Origin: Allosphingosinicella sp.
Lineage (GTDB): Bacteria; Pseudomonadota; Alphaproteobacteria; Sphingomonadales; Sphingomonadaceae
Direction: 5' to 3'
Assembly (NCBI GenBank): GCA_036399655.1
Contig: DASWMS010000058.1
Coordinates: forward strand, 19,043-83,042
Length of the DNA: 64,000 bases
The notes under the pieces were generated by a model that was not told where the DNA came from, did no database searches, and saw only the letters and a list, made by a program, of their open reading frames with translations. Every line of letters starts with the position of its first letter. Position 1 is the stretch's first letter. The translations under genes were made by a program, and so were the position numbers. Below, piece by piece: positions 30,088-39,640 of the stretch.

Positions 30088-30524
30088 CGGCGCGCGACGA
30101 CCTCGCCTTCGATGGTCATCGTGTCCGGGTGGTGCTTGTCGAGGTAGCGCTTCAGGATCCTGAGGTTGCGCGTGTTCGACTTGAAGGCGAAGTCGAACAG
30201 GTCGCCGACCACGGGGATCGCACCGACCAGGGTGTCGAGGCCGATATTGCCAGCCATGCGGACGAGCTGGAATTTCGACATGCCGAGGTTGCGCGCCTCC
30301 CAGACGAGCCAAGCGCCCATAGCCGTCGTGACGAGGTCGCCGACCACCGGAACGAGGCCGACGATTGCGTCGAGGCCGACGCGCATGTTCGTGCCCGGGA
30401 TCGCAAAGGCGCTTTCCAGCAGCCGCTCCATGGCCTCGACCCGGCGGCGCACCGAGGCCGGGTCGCGCCCGACCTGAAGCTGCCCTGCGACCCGTTCGAA
30501 TTCCTGCCTGTCGATCCTCGGCAT
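30084..30524 (-). CDS. DUF4112-family membrane protein
   Basis: F.IPGT..RVGLDAIVGLVPVVGD, GAIPVVGDLFDFAFKSN. Confidence 0.9.
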   Translation of the reverse strand: MPRIDRQEFERVAGQLQVGRDPASVRRRVEAMERLLESAFAIPGTNMRVGLDAIVGLVPVVGDLVTTAMGAWLVWEARNLGMSKFQLVRMAGNIGLDTLVGAIPVVGDLFDFAFKSNTRNLRILKRYLDKHHPDTMTIEGEVVARR

Positions 30525-31979
30525 CTATCTCTCTTCTGCGATGAGCTCGCCCGGCGGGTGCCGGCCGAACGGGTTGCGGCGGAAGCCGGTCATCCGCGCC
30601 GACACGAGGTTCCAACGCACGGGCGAGGCGATCGGCACGAAAGCGGCCGTGTCGCGCAGCAACGCGTCGGCAAGCGCGAGCTGCGCCCGGCGCTCCGCGA
30701 CATTCGGCGTCTCGCGCGCCAGCGTCAACGCCTGGTCGGCTTCGGGCGAGCAGACGGCCGCGCGGTCGCAGGTGAAGTTGCGCAGGTACCAGGCCGTCAT
30801 GAAGGCGGGGGCCGCGAGGTCGACGAAGCGCAGCTCGGCGTCCATGCCGAGCGCCACCCGCTCCGCCTCGACTCCGACCGCGCGCCAGTCGCGCCGCAGA
30901 TGCGCGAAGATCAGCCGGTAGCCGGGTCCCTCGGGCATCGCGACGCGCAGCCGGAGCTGCCCGCCGCCCCCGAGCGCGCCGAGCGTCCGAGCCGCCTCCT
31001 GCCGCCGCAGGACGAGAGGCGCCGCGGCCCAGTCCGGCACCGCCGGCTGCGGGACCTCCTCCAGACCTGCCGGCAGCAACGTGACCCGCCCCGCCAGCCC
31101 CGGCACCGCAAGGGCCGCGGCGATCGCATCCCGGTCCACCGCCATCGAAAGCGCCCGCCGCACGCCCACGTCCGCGACCGGGCCGTCGCCGCGCTGAAAG
31201 GCGAGTCCGAAAAGCCCGTCCACCGGATCGAACTGCACCGCCCCAGCCGGGAGGCGTGCCGCGCGGGCGACCGGCAGATCTCCCACCGTTCCGCCGGTCA
31301 CGAAGTCGGCGCCGCCCGCGGCGAACCGCGCCACCGCCAGCGATGCCCGCTCGCCGCGAAGTATCACGGGCGGCGCCTGCTCCTCGGGCTCGTCCTCGTC
31401 CTCCGCCTTCGGCACGGCGAGGAGCATCGTGCCGTCCGGCCGCGGGGTGGCGGTTCGCGGCCCGGTCCCGCGCCCGTCGAGCAGCACCGCCATCTCCGGC
31501 TGGGCGAGGAGCTGGAGGAAATGCGGACGGGGCGCCTTGAGCGTGAATTCCAGCACTTCATCGGTCATCGGCTCGATCGAGGCGACGAGGCCGATGATCG
31601 GCTTGAGCGGATTGCGGCTCGACCTGCTGACCACGGCGCGCAGTCGCTCCACCACCTGCTGGGCCGTGACCCGCCCGCCGCCGATCCATTCGGTGCGCCG
31701 GATCCGGAAGGTGTAGCGAAGCCCGTCGTCCGAGACGATCCAGCTCTGCGCCAGCGCCGGTTCGATCTCGCCCGCGGCGTCGAACCGCACCAGCCCCTGC
31801 GCCGCCGTCTCGAGCAGGATGGCCGACGGCGCGTCTAGCGCGTCGGAGAGGTTGGGGTTGGCAATCTGGGGCGGCGCGCCGATCGCGCTGACCGCCACCG
31901 GCCCCGTTTCCTCCCGCCCGCAGCCGCCGGCGAGCAGGAGAAGCAAGGCGCAGCCGCCGGTGAGCCTGCGAATCGACAT
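30525..31979 (-). CDS. ABC-type substrate-binding lipoprotein (peptide/nickel family)
   Basis: Lipobox LAGGC; GLVRFD..GEIEPALAQSWIVSDDGLRYTF.IR; no permease genes nearby. Confidence 0.85.
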   Translation of the reverse strand: MSIRRLTGGCALLLLLAGGCGREETGPVAVSAIGAPPQIANPNLSDALDAPSAILLETAAQGLVRFDAAGEIEPALAQSWIVSDDGLRYTFRIRRTEWIGGGRVTAQQVVERLRAVVSRSSRNPLKPIIGLVASIEPMTDEVLEFTLKAPRPHFLQLLAQPEMAVLLDGRGTGPRTATPRPDGTMLLAVPKAEDEDEPEEQAPPVILRGERASLAVARFAAGGADFVTGGTVGDLPVARAARLPAGAVQFDPVDGLFGLAFQRGDGPVADVGVRRALSMAVDRDAIAAALAVPGLAGRVTLLPAGLEEVPQPAVPDWAAAPLVLRRQEAARTLGALGGGGQLRLRVAMPEGPGYRLIFAHLRRDWRAVGVEAERVALGMDAELRFVDLAAPAFMTAWYLRNFTCDRAAVCSPEADQALTLARETPNVAERRAQLALADALLRDTAAFVPIASPVRWNLVSARMTGFRRNPFGRHPPGELIAEER

Positions 31980-32085
31980 GGCTGAGAGCCCTAGCCTACC
32001 GCCGCGCCCCTTTACGACCCCCCGAAATGCGGCGGAGCGCGCTCGCTTTTACCGCTCGTTCACTAATCGAAGCCTAGTACCGGCC

Positions 32086-32436
32086 ATGAACAGACGGCGG
32101 CGCGGCATCAGCCCCCCAAATGCGGGCGGCTCATCCTTTCACGAGCGTCGTGCCGAGCGCATGGCGATCGAGGAACGCGCCGCGCTCACTCACGTCTACG
32201 AAATCGAGGTCAAGGTCCGCGACCTGTCGTCGAGCGGCTTCATGGCCGAATGCGCGGAATGGGTGGCGATCGGCAGCCACGTCTCGCTCGAAGTTCCCGG
32301 CATCGGCGAAGTCCGCGCCCAGGTCCGCTGGCAGGTCGGGACGAGGATGGGCGGCATGTTCCTCGATCCGATCAGCCTCGACCTGTGCGAATGGACGGCC
32401 ACGCGCGCCGAAGCCTCGCCCCTCGAGACCTGCTGA
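32086..32436 (+). CDS. PilZ-domain protein
   Basis: RRAER (RxxxR) and DLSSSG motifs, AQVRW..G..MGG.F. Confidence 0.75.
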   Translation: MNRRRRGISPPNAGGSSFHERRAERMAIEERAALTHVYEIEVKVRDLSSSGFMAECAEWVAIGSHVSLEVPGIGEVRAQVRWQVGTRMGGMFLDPISLDLCEWTATRAEASPLETC

Positions 32437-32563
32437 AGACGCGTTCACGGCGCCGCCGCACGTTGACGGCGCTTGCTATTTCCACGCCTTTTCGCCGCCG
32501 CCTGCAACCAAGAGCAAGGCGGACGGTTGGCGCTCGAAGCGGGAGGGCTGATGGGAGGCCCTT

Positions 32564-33106
32564 ATGTTGAGTGCTCTGGTTGCCCTGTCTCTTCTCCAGG
32601 CCGCCGCGGCCGCGCCGGTCCCGGCGCCGCAGGGCTGGACCGTCGCATCGAGCGACGACGGTTGCCTCCTCCACACGGAGCAGCGCGCCGGAACGGTGCT
32701 CTCCGTCATGGCTCTGCCCGAGCAGGAGGGCATCGGCTTCCTCCTCCAGAATCCGAAATGGACGGGGCTGGAGGACGGCCAGGTCTATCCGCTCTCGATC
32801 CGCTTCGACGACGGCAGCGAATGGCCGGTCCCGGCGCTCGCCCGCACGGAGATCGACGACGACGGCCCGGGACTTTTCTTCGCGGTGCGGCCCGGACGCG
32901 AGGACGGAGGCCGCGACTTCATCGACGATTTCAGCCGTGCCCGCGGCATGCGGATCGCCAATGACGGGGTCGCCTACGGCAATCTCCGCCTGACCGACAG
33001 CCGCGCCGCGACGCTTGCGCTCGCCCAATGCCTCAGGACGATGATCGAAGGCGAGGCGAACCCCTTCTCGAACAGCGAAGGCGCGAAGTCGGCCACGCGC
33101 ATTTGA
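32564..33106 (+). CDS. Hypothetical secreted protein
   Basis: Signal peptide, two Cys, GGAGG RBS. Confidence 0.7.
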   Translation: MLSALVALSLLQAAAAAPVPAPQGWTVASSDDGCLLHTEQRAGTVLSVMALPEQEGIGFLLQNPKWTGLEDGQVYPLSIRFDDGSEWPVPALARTEIDDDGPGLFFAVRPGREDGGRDFIDDFSRARGMRIANDGVAYGNLRLTDSRAATLALAQCLRTMIEGEANPFSNSEGAKSATRI

Positions 33107-33144
33107 CCGCGCTGCCGCGATCGCTACCTTGAGCTCCGGAAGAC

Positions 33145-33507
33145 ATGTGGAAAGGCGCGCCCGCCGTGCATCCGGAGCTCACCGCCGCACTCCTGGCCGC
33201 TGCGCAGGCCGCCGCCGCAGCGCCGGTGATGCTCGCGCCCGAGCGTCCGCAGATCGTCGTTCCCCGCGCGTTGGAAGGCTGCACGGAGGCCGCGGGGAGC
33301 GAGATCGTCGTCTGCGGCCGTCGCGATGCCGATGCGCGTCACCGCCTTACGGAGAGCGTTCCCGCGCCTAACATCGACGCACCGCGGAACGTCATGGGCC
33401 TTCAAATATCCGAGAACGTGCGCGCCGAGATCGATCCCGTGCAGTACCAGCTTCCGAACGGCATGATCGCCCGCGGCCTCGTCGCGCGAGTCCGTATCGC
33501 TTTCTGA
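33145..33507 (+). CDS. Hypothetical secreted protein
   Basis: C......EIVVCGRR pattern typical of small sphingomonad exported proteins; start uncertain. Confidence 0.55.
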   Translation: MWKGAPAVHPELTAALLAAAQAAAAAPVMLAPERPQIVVPRALEGCTEAAGSEIVVCGRRDADARHRLTESVPAPNIDAPRNVMGLQISENVRAEIDPVQYQLPNGMIARGLVARVRIAF

Positions 33508-33535
33508 TCCCGGGTCGTCGGCGAACGCGCTTCGC

Positions 33536-33928
33536 TTACCGCGCGCGGCGGTACGGGACGAAGTCGCCGAGGAAAACCGCGCCCGTCTCCATCCGGGTCG
33601 ACGAATCGTAAAGGCGCACCACATCGCCGCTGCACAGCTCGTTCGAGAACTGGCGGGTCACCAGCACGTCCCACCGGTCGAGACCGCGGGCGCCGCCGCG
33701 CGGGCGATTGACCCAGAGGGTGCCGCCGGACTCGTAGACGATGGCGGTTCCGTCGATGATCCGAGTCGAGGTGAAGCGAAGATTGTTGAGGCAGCGGATG
33801 GGCTCGCCTTCGACACGGCCTTCGACCGCGCGCGCGAGCTGGACCTCGGGCGAGGCGCGCTCCGCGGAGGCGGCGGCCGGCACGGCGGCGGAAGCGAGGG
33901 CGGCAAGAGCGAGGAGGGGGGTGCGCAT
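33536..33928 (-). CDS. Hypothetical secreted protein
   Basis: Signal peptide; GRVEGEPIRC, LCSGD..G.FVPY. Confidence 0.7.
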   Translation of the reverse strand: MRTPLLALAALASAAVPAAASAERASPEVQLARAVEGRVEGEPIRCLNNLRFTSTRIIDGTAIVYESGGTLWVNRPRGGARGLDRWDVLVTRQFSNELCSGDVVRLYDSSTRMETGAVFLGDFVPYRRAR

Positions 33929-34070
33929 GATCTGTCTCCCGAGTCGATTTGCGCCATTCTAATGGCTCGCGAGGCTGAACGCACGATGACCTTGCTTGGG
34001 TGCGGTGCGTCGGGGATTGCGCTTCCCCGTGTGTTAGCTTTACACAACACCCCCAGCGGGAGGAATTCGG

Positions 34071-34568
34071 GTGCAGGATCAGAATCAACCGGGCCACGGT
34101 GCCGCGGGCGCGGCGACGCCGGCGACCACGGCCGAGATCGTCGAGCGCATGACCAGCCGGCTCGCCAACAGCCTGGTGATCGCCGCCGGCATCCTCGCGC
34201 TCGGCATCTACTGGAGCGGCGACCATGTCGAGGCGCAGACCTACCAGGCGGTGGCGACGCCGGACGGGCGCGTGATCCGCGTCAACACGGAGAGCGGCTC
34301 CATCGTCTCGTGCGACGCGACCCGCTGCGGCCTCGTCTGGCTGCAGGGCGACGATCTCGATCGCGTCGGCGAAGAGGTGGGCGAGCGCGTGCGCGAAGCG
34401 ATGGAAGGCCGCGAGCCCGGTGCGCAGGACCCTGCCGCAAAGGGCGGGCAGGCGCCACAGCAGGCGCTCCCCGCGCCCTCAGGCCAGGTCCCGCAGCAGT
34501 CGCAGCCGGCGCCCGCCCCGGCACAGCCACAGCCCCAGCTCCAGTCGCAGCCGCAACCCGAGCGCTGA
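34071..34568 (+). CDS. Hypothetical membrane protein with Gln/Pro tail
   Basis: One TM helix, RVNTESGSIVSC, QP-rich C-terminus; GGAGG RBS. Confidence 0.65.
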   Translation: MQDQNQPGHGAAGAATPATTAEIVERMTSRLANSLVIAAGILALGIYWSGDHVEAQTYQAVATPDGRVIRVNTESGSIVSCDATRCGLVWLQGDDLDRVGEEVGERVREAMEGREPGAQDPAAKGGQAPQQALPAPSGQVPQQSQPAPAPAQPQPQLQSQPQPER

Positions 34569-34572
34569 CGGC

Positions 34573-35748
34573 TCAGCCGCCGCGCGAGAGCCGGATCGCT
34601 TCCGCCGCAGTGGTCACTCCGGCGCGGACCAGCGCCCGCGCCGCCGCCCCGAGGTTCGGTGCGCCGCGAAAGGCGATGCTTGCGATCACGGCCGCATCGC
34701 CGCCGTTCATGATCAGCCGGCGGAGCGCATCGTCGGGCTCGATCGCCTCGAAGACGCCGGTGCGCCCGGCAAAGCCGCTTCCCGCACAGTCGACGCAGCC
34801 GCGCGGCGCGAAGGTGACGGTGCCGCTGTCGAAGCCGAGCAGCGAGGCGGCCGAGCCGCCCGTCTGGACGGGCTTGCGGCACGCGCACAGCTTCGCGACC
34901 AGATGCTGGCCGACGACCAGCCGAAGCGCGCCGGCCAATGCGAACGGGTCGGCCCTCAGCGCTTTCAGCCGGACGATCGCCTGCACGGCGTCGGCGGCAT
35001 CGACGGTCGCCACCACCAGCCTCCCGTCGCGCGCCGCCGCAACCGCGAGGGCGGCGATCTCCGGCGTCGCGATGGTGCCGGGAAGAACCACGTCGGGATC
35101 CTGGCGCAGAATGGCCGACAGGACGGCGGCCGGGCCGCGCCTGCGACACAGGGCACCATCCACTTCGCGTACATGAGGGGAGGGCCGCTTGCTCCAGCCT
35201 GCTGCCGCCACGATCTCGCGCCCGCTGCCGCCGAGCTGCGCGACCCCGGCCTTGAGGGTCGTGCTGCGGCCCGATCCGCCGCACCCCGCGAGCAGGATCA
35301 GCCCCTCGCGTCTCGAAAGCGCGCGCGCGTAGAGATCCGCCATATCCGCGGTCATCCCGATCTCTTCGAAGCGTGCCCGGTGGTCGTTCTCACGATGGAG
35401 GCGGAGGACAACCCGGTCTCCGCCCGCCATCGGCAGCGCCGCGACGTCGATCTCGGTATCGGCGGCGGTGGTAAAGGACCCGTCCTGCGGCAGATCATTG
35501 GCTTCCGGCGCAAGGCCGGCGATCGAGCGCAGGTGCGCCATGAACTGTGCCGGAGCCTCCCGAATGCGGACCGCCTTGCGCAGCACGCCGCCGACGCGGA
35601 GCCGCGCCGTGACCCGGTCTCCGCTCGATTCCACATGCACGGCGGACGCGCCGCGCCGCACGGCGTCGGCCACGATCGCGAGCAGCGGCTCGCCGGGCGC
35701 GTCACCCTCGGCCGCGCTGGCCGCAGGGCGGCGCTTCAGTCGGTCCAT
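34573..35748 (-). CDS. GspE/PilB-like protein with degenerate ATPase motifs
   Basis: ASAVHVE, LPQDG, DVAALP, GLILLAG.GGSGRSTT, LRQDPDVV, GFAGRTGVFE. Confidence 0.8.
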   Translation of the reverse strand: MDRLKRRPAASAAEGDAPGEPLLAIVADAVRRGASAVHVESSGDRVTARLRVGGVLRKAVRIREAPAQFMAHLRSIAGLAPEANDLPQDGSFTTAADTEIDVAALPMAGGDRVVLRLHRENDHRARFEEIGMTADMADLYARALSRREGLILLAGCGGSGRSTTLKAGVAQLGGSGREIVAAAGWSKRPSPHVREVDGALCRRRGPAAVLSAILRQDPDVVLPGTIATPEIAALAVAAARDGRLVVATVDAADAVQAIVRLKALRADPFALAGALRLVVGQHLVAKLCACRKPVQTGGSAASLLGFDSGTVTFAPRGCVDCAGSGFAGRTGVFEAIEPDDALRRLIMNGGDAAVIASIAFRGAPNLGAAARALVRAGVTTAAEAIRLSRGG

Positions 35749-35766
35749 CCGCTCAGGCTACGACCG

Positions 35767-35900
35767 GGACGTGACAAACGGGCGCAATTTTCGTGACGGC
35801 ATCATGACAGTACAAGTAGATTTATGTTACATGCCGACGCAGTACAGTCATATTTCCGCATACCGTAGTCAACAACGCACGATGTAACAATCATATCACA
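35767..35900. promoter_or_regulatory. AT-rich divergent promoter region with Pho-box-like 11-bp repeats
   Basis: Plus: TGTAAC-N5-TATCAC at 35883-35899; minus: TGTCAT-N5-CGTCAC-N16-TGTCAC at about 35808-35770. Confidence 0.35.
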
Positions 35901-35974
35901 ATCCGCATCTAGTCCGGTCCTCGGAAGGCGAATCGATCAACCCTTCGCCTCGTCATTGAATCGGGGGATCCGAA

Positions 35975-38407
35975 ATGCTCAAAGTCCGTCTGCTGCTCGG
36001 CGCAGCCACCCTGGCGCTCACCACGCCGGTTCACGCCCAGGTCGAGGCCGGCGATGCGGCTCCGTCCACCGGCGGCAATGCCGAGGCGCAGCCCTCTGGA
36101 GGCAGCGAGGAAGCCGCCGCGCCCGCCGAAGCGGCGCCCGACTCGGAAGACCAGGGACTGACCGACATCGTGGTCACCGCGCTGCGCCGCGAGACCAACC
36201 TCCAGGACACGCCCATCTCGATCTCGGTGATGAGCGATCAGGACCTCCAGAACCGGCACGTCCAAAGCCTCCTCGACCTCGGCGACGGTTCGATCCCGGG
36301 CCTGCGCGTGGCGACCTACGAATCGCGCCAGTCCGCCCTCACCATCGGCATCCGCGGCATCGTGCCGGGCGACGCCAACCAGCCTGCGCGCGAACAGGGC
36401 GTCGGCGTCTACATCGACGGCGTCTATCTCGGCCGGCAGCACGGCCTTAACGCCGCCTTGTTCGACGTCGAACGGATCGAAGTGCTGAAGGGGCCGCAGG
36501 GAACCCTGTTCGGCCGCAACACCGAGGGCGGCGCACTCAACATCGTGACGCGGGCGCCCACCGGCGAATTCGGCGGCCGCCTCACGACCGGCATCGGCAA
36601 TTACAACGCCTATAATGGCGCGCTCCATCTCGATCTGCCGGCCTTCGCGAACGTCGCGGTCAAGGTCGACGCCGTCGTCCAGCACCAGGGCGCGACGACG
36701 GACAATCCGCTCTCCGGCCAGCTCGGCTGGAATTCCTATCACCGCTACGGCGGGCGCGTCGCGGCGCGCTGGCGCCCGAACGAGGATTTCACCGCCGACA
36801 TCGCCTACGATATCGCCCGGGACGAGAACACGTCCTTCTACAGCCAGCTCATCAACTACAATCCGAACAATTATCCCGTCGCAACGCTGGCGCAGATCGC
36901 GGCCAATGGAAACCGGCTGCCCGCCGGCACCATCGCGCCGCTGCCGCCGATCGTCACCGTGTCCGACCGCCGCATGGGCACGGCCGACATCGGCGTCCCG
37001 CAGCAGCCGAGCATCGACCGCACGAACGGCGTCATGGCGCGCTTCGCCTGGGATGTCGCCGAGGGGCTGGAGCTTCGCTCGATCAGCGCGCGGCGCACCG
37101 TGGACGCGGAGCAATGGGACAATTCGGGCGGCGCGCACCGGACGCCGAGCTTCCTCCCGAACGGCAATTTCAGCCGCTACAGCCTTTCGCACCTGAAGCA
37201 GCGCCAGCTCAGCCAGGAATTTCAGGCTGTCGGCAGCTTCCCTGAGGTCGATTACGTCGCCGGCCTCTATTATTTCAACGAGCGCGTCTCCGAGCGCGCG
37301 GCGACACCGAACACCAACCGCTGGAACGCGACGGGCACCGCGTACACGATCAACGACGCGCGGACCTGGGACCCCGCCAACTGGTCCATCTCCCGGTCGA
37401 GCTATGCCCGCTCCACCAGCTATGCCGCCTTCGGCCAGTTCACCTGGACTCCGGCCGCGCTCGAGACCGTGCACATCACGGCCGGAGGCCGCATCACGCA
37501 CGACCGCAAGCGCGGCGACCTCGTCACCGTCAACAATGCGCCGACCAGCTTCCCGTTCGAGATTTCGAGCACGCGCTTCGATCCGCTCCTGACGGTCGCC
37601 TGGGATGTGATTCGCGACATCAACCTCTACGCGCGTTACGCAACGGGCTACCGCGCCGGCGGGGCGAGCTCGCGCTCGCTCACCTTCCGCACCTTCGGCC
37701 CCGAAACCGCGGCTGCCTATGAAGTCGGCGCGAAGATCGACTTCCTCGACCGCCGCGGCCGGTTCAACATCGCGGCCTATGCCATGAACCGCAGCGACAG
37801 TCAGTTCGACTTCGATTTCTACTTCATCCAGCCCAACGGCCAGATCCGCCACACGCTCGAAACCGTGAACGCGTCCGGCACGACGAAAATCCGCGGCATC
37901 GAGGCGGACTTCGCCTTCCAGGCCGCGGAAGGGCTGACCTTCGGCGCCTCCTACGCGTTTACCGACTGGCAGGTGCCGCCGACGGCCAATCCGCTCGTTA
38001 CCGGCAATCCGCTGCAGCCCCTCTTCATCGTCTATACGCCGCGCCACGCCGCGTCGGGTTCGGTGGACTATGCGATGCCGATCGGCGCCGGCGACATGGC
38101 GGTGCGCGTCCACCTCGACGGCAATTATGCGAGCAGCGCCTATTCGTTCGACAATGAGGACGTGAAGGCGGAGCCGAGCTTCATCCTGAACGGCCGCCTC
38201 TCGCTTGCCGACATTTCGATGGGCGCGGGCGGACAGACGCTCACGGTCTCGGCCTGGGCGCGCAACCTCTTGAACGAGCAGCATATCTACCGCCGCTCCA
38301 ACGCGAATCGCGATCCGATCGACGGAAATTTCGGGGCCGTGATCGGCGATTACGCCAATTTCAACGCGCCGCGCACCTTCGGCGTCGAAGCGCGCCTGGC
38401 GTTCTGA
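35975..38407 (+). CDS. TonB-dependent outer-membrane receptor
   Basis: Signal peptide; DIVVTALRRE, IRG, VYIDGVY, ERIEVLKGPQGTLFGRN; C-terminal PRTFGVEARLAF. Confidence 0.96.
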   Translation: MLKVRLLLGAATLALTTPVHAQVEAGDAAPSTGGNAEAQPSGGSEEAAAPAEAAPDSEDQGLTDIVVTALRRETNLQDTPISISVMSDQDLQNRHVQSLLDLGDGSIPGLRVATYESRQSALTIGIRGIVPGDANQPAREQGVGVYIDGVYLGRQHGLNAALFDVERIEVLKGPQGTLFGRNTEGGALNIVTRAPTGEFGGRLTTGIGNYNAYNGALHLDLPAFANVAVKVDAVVQHQGATTDNPLSGQLGWNSYHRYGGRVAARWRPNEDFTADIAYDIARDENTSFYSQLINYNPNNYPVATLAQIAANGNRLPAGTIAPLPPIVTVSDRRMGTADIGVPQQPSIDRTNGVMARFAWDVAEGLELRSISARRTVDAEQWDNSGGAHRTPSFLPNGNFSRYSLSHLKQRQLSQEFQAVGSFPEVDYVAGLYYFNERVSERAATPNTNRWNATGTAYTINDARTWDPANWSISRSSYARSTSYAAFGQFTWTPAALETVHITAGGRITHDRKRGDLVTVNNAPTSFPFEISSTRFDPLLTVAWDVIRDINLYARYATGYRAGGASSRSLTFRTFGPETAAAYEVGAKIDFLDRRGRFNIAAYAMNRSDSQFDFDFYFIQPNGQIRHTLETVNASGTTKIRGIEADFAFQAAEGLTFGASYAFTDWQVPPTANPLVTGNPLQPLFIVYTPRHAASGSVDYAMPIGAGDMAVRVHLDGNYASSAYSFDNEDVKAEPSFILNGRLSLADISMGAGGQTLTVSAWARNLLNEQHIYRRSNANRDPIDGNFGAVIGDYANFNAPRTFGVEARLAF

Positions 38408-38437
38408 CGGCACGAGCGCCCGCTTCCGCCCCGAGGT

Positions 38438-38935
38438 TCAGCCCGGACGGAAGCGGAGCGCGGCGCCGTTCATGCAGTAGCGCTTTCCGGCCGGGCGCGG
38501 GCCGTCGTCGAAGACGTGGCCGAGATGCCCGCCGCAGCGCGCGCAGTGCACCTCCGTACGCGCGCCGAGGAGGCCGTCGTCCGGGCGCGTGCGGACCGCG
38601 CCGGGAATCGGCGCGGTGAAGCTCGGCCAGCCCGTTCCGCTCTCGAACTTCGCCTGCGACCGGTAAAGAGCGTGGCCGCAGCCGGCGCAGGCATAGGTGC
38701 CGCGGCGATGCTCGCGGTTGAGCGGGCTCGATCCGGCGCGCTCGGTCGAGCCGCGGCGAAGCACCGCATAGGCGGCCGGGCTGAGCATGCGCCGCCATTC
38801 GGCGTCCGTGCGCGTGATCGCGAAGCGTCCCTGCGGCGGGGCCGCCGCGGCGGAAGCCGCGGTGCCGGCGGCGAGGCTGAGCCCCGCCGCCGCGCCGCAG
38901 CACAGCGCCTGGCGGCGCGTGAAGACCGGCGTCAT
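38438..38935 (-). CDS. msrB: Peptide-methionine (R)-S-oxide reductase, Tat-like signal
   Basis: TRRQAL leader; CAGC, KFESGTGWPSF, CARC..HLGHVFDDGP..RYCMNG. Confidence 0.93.
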   Translation of the reverse strand: MTPVFTRRQALCCGAAAGLSLAAGTAASAAAAPPQGRFAITRTDAEWRRMLSPAAYAVLRRGSTERAGSSPLNREHRRGTYACAGCGHALYRSQAKFESGTGWPSFTAPIPGAVRTRPDDGLLGARTEVHCARCGGHLGHVFDDGPRPAGKRYCMNGAALRFRPG

Positions 38936-38945
38936 CGCTTCGGCC

Positions 38946-39545
38946 TCAGCCGGGGACCGAGACGGCGTTGGTGACGTGGATGACGCCGTTCGACTGCATG
39001 ACGTCGGCCTGGGTCACGGTGGCCATGCCGCCGCGCGCGTCGGTGAGGACGATCGAATTGCCGGACATCCGCGCGGTGAGCGTGCCGCCCGACGCGGTGG
39101 TGAGCCGCGCGGTGCCGCCGCCGGCGCGGATGCGGGTCATGAGGTCCGCCGCGGTGAGACGGCCGGGCACGACGTGGTAGGTGAGAACGTTCTGCAACAT
39201 CTGCCGGTTGGCGGGCTGGAGCAGGGTGTCCACCGTGCCGGCCGGCAGCCGCGCGAAGGCGGCGTTGGTCGGCGCGAAGACGGTGAACGGCCCGGCGCCC
39301 GAAAGCGTGTCGACGAGGCCGGCCGCCTGGACCGCGGCGACGAGGGTGGTGTGGTCTCGCGAGTTGGCGGCGTTCTGGACTATGTTGCGGTTCGTGAACA
39401 TTTCGGCGCCGCCGACCATCACGGTGCCGCCGGCATTCGCCGAGGCGCCCATCGCCTCCATATCGGCTTCGGCGCCGGTCATGCATGCGGAAAGCGAAAG
39501 CGTGGAAGCGGCGGCGAGCATGAGCCCGCTGATACGGTGAACCAT
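38946..39545 (-). CDS. Fasciclin (FAS1) domain lipoprotein
   Basis: Lipobox LSAC; TLVAAVQAAGLVDTL..PFTVFAPTNAAF, YHVV, SNGVIHV. Confidence 0.92.
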   Translation of the reverse strand: MVHRISGLMLAAASTLSLSACMTGAEADMEAMGASANAGGTVMVGGAEMFTNRNIVQNAANSRDHTTLVAAVQAAGLVDTLSGAGPFTVFAPTNAAFARLPAGTVDTLLQPANRQMLQNVLTYHVVPGRLTAADLMTRIRAGGGTARLTTASGGTLTARMSGNSIVLTDARGGMATVTQADVMQSNGVIHVTNAVSVPG

Positions 39546-39592
39546 GGATTTTCCTCCTTTGGCAGCATCGGGGGGTGTGCTGCAGGAGGAGC

Positions 39593-39619
39593 TACGGAGC
39601 CGCCGCCGCGCCGGATGCA
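39593..39619 (-). promoter_or_regulatory. Candidate ECF promoter TGCATCC-N16-CGTA for fasciclin-msrB
   Basis: Identical architecture to the motif at 41040-41066. Confidence 0.6.
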
Positions 39620-39640
39620 GGCGCCGGCGCATAAAAGTCG

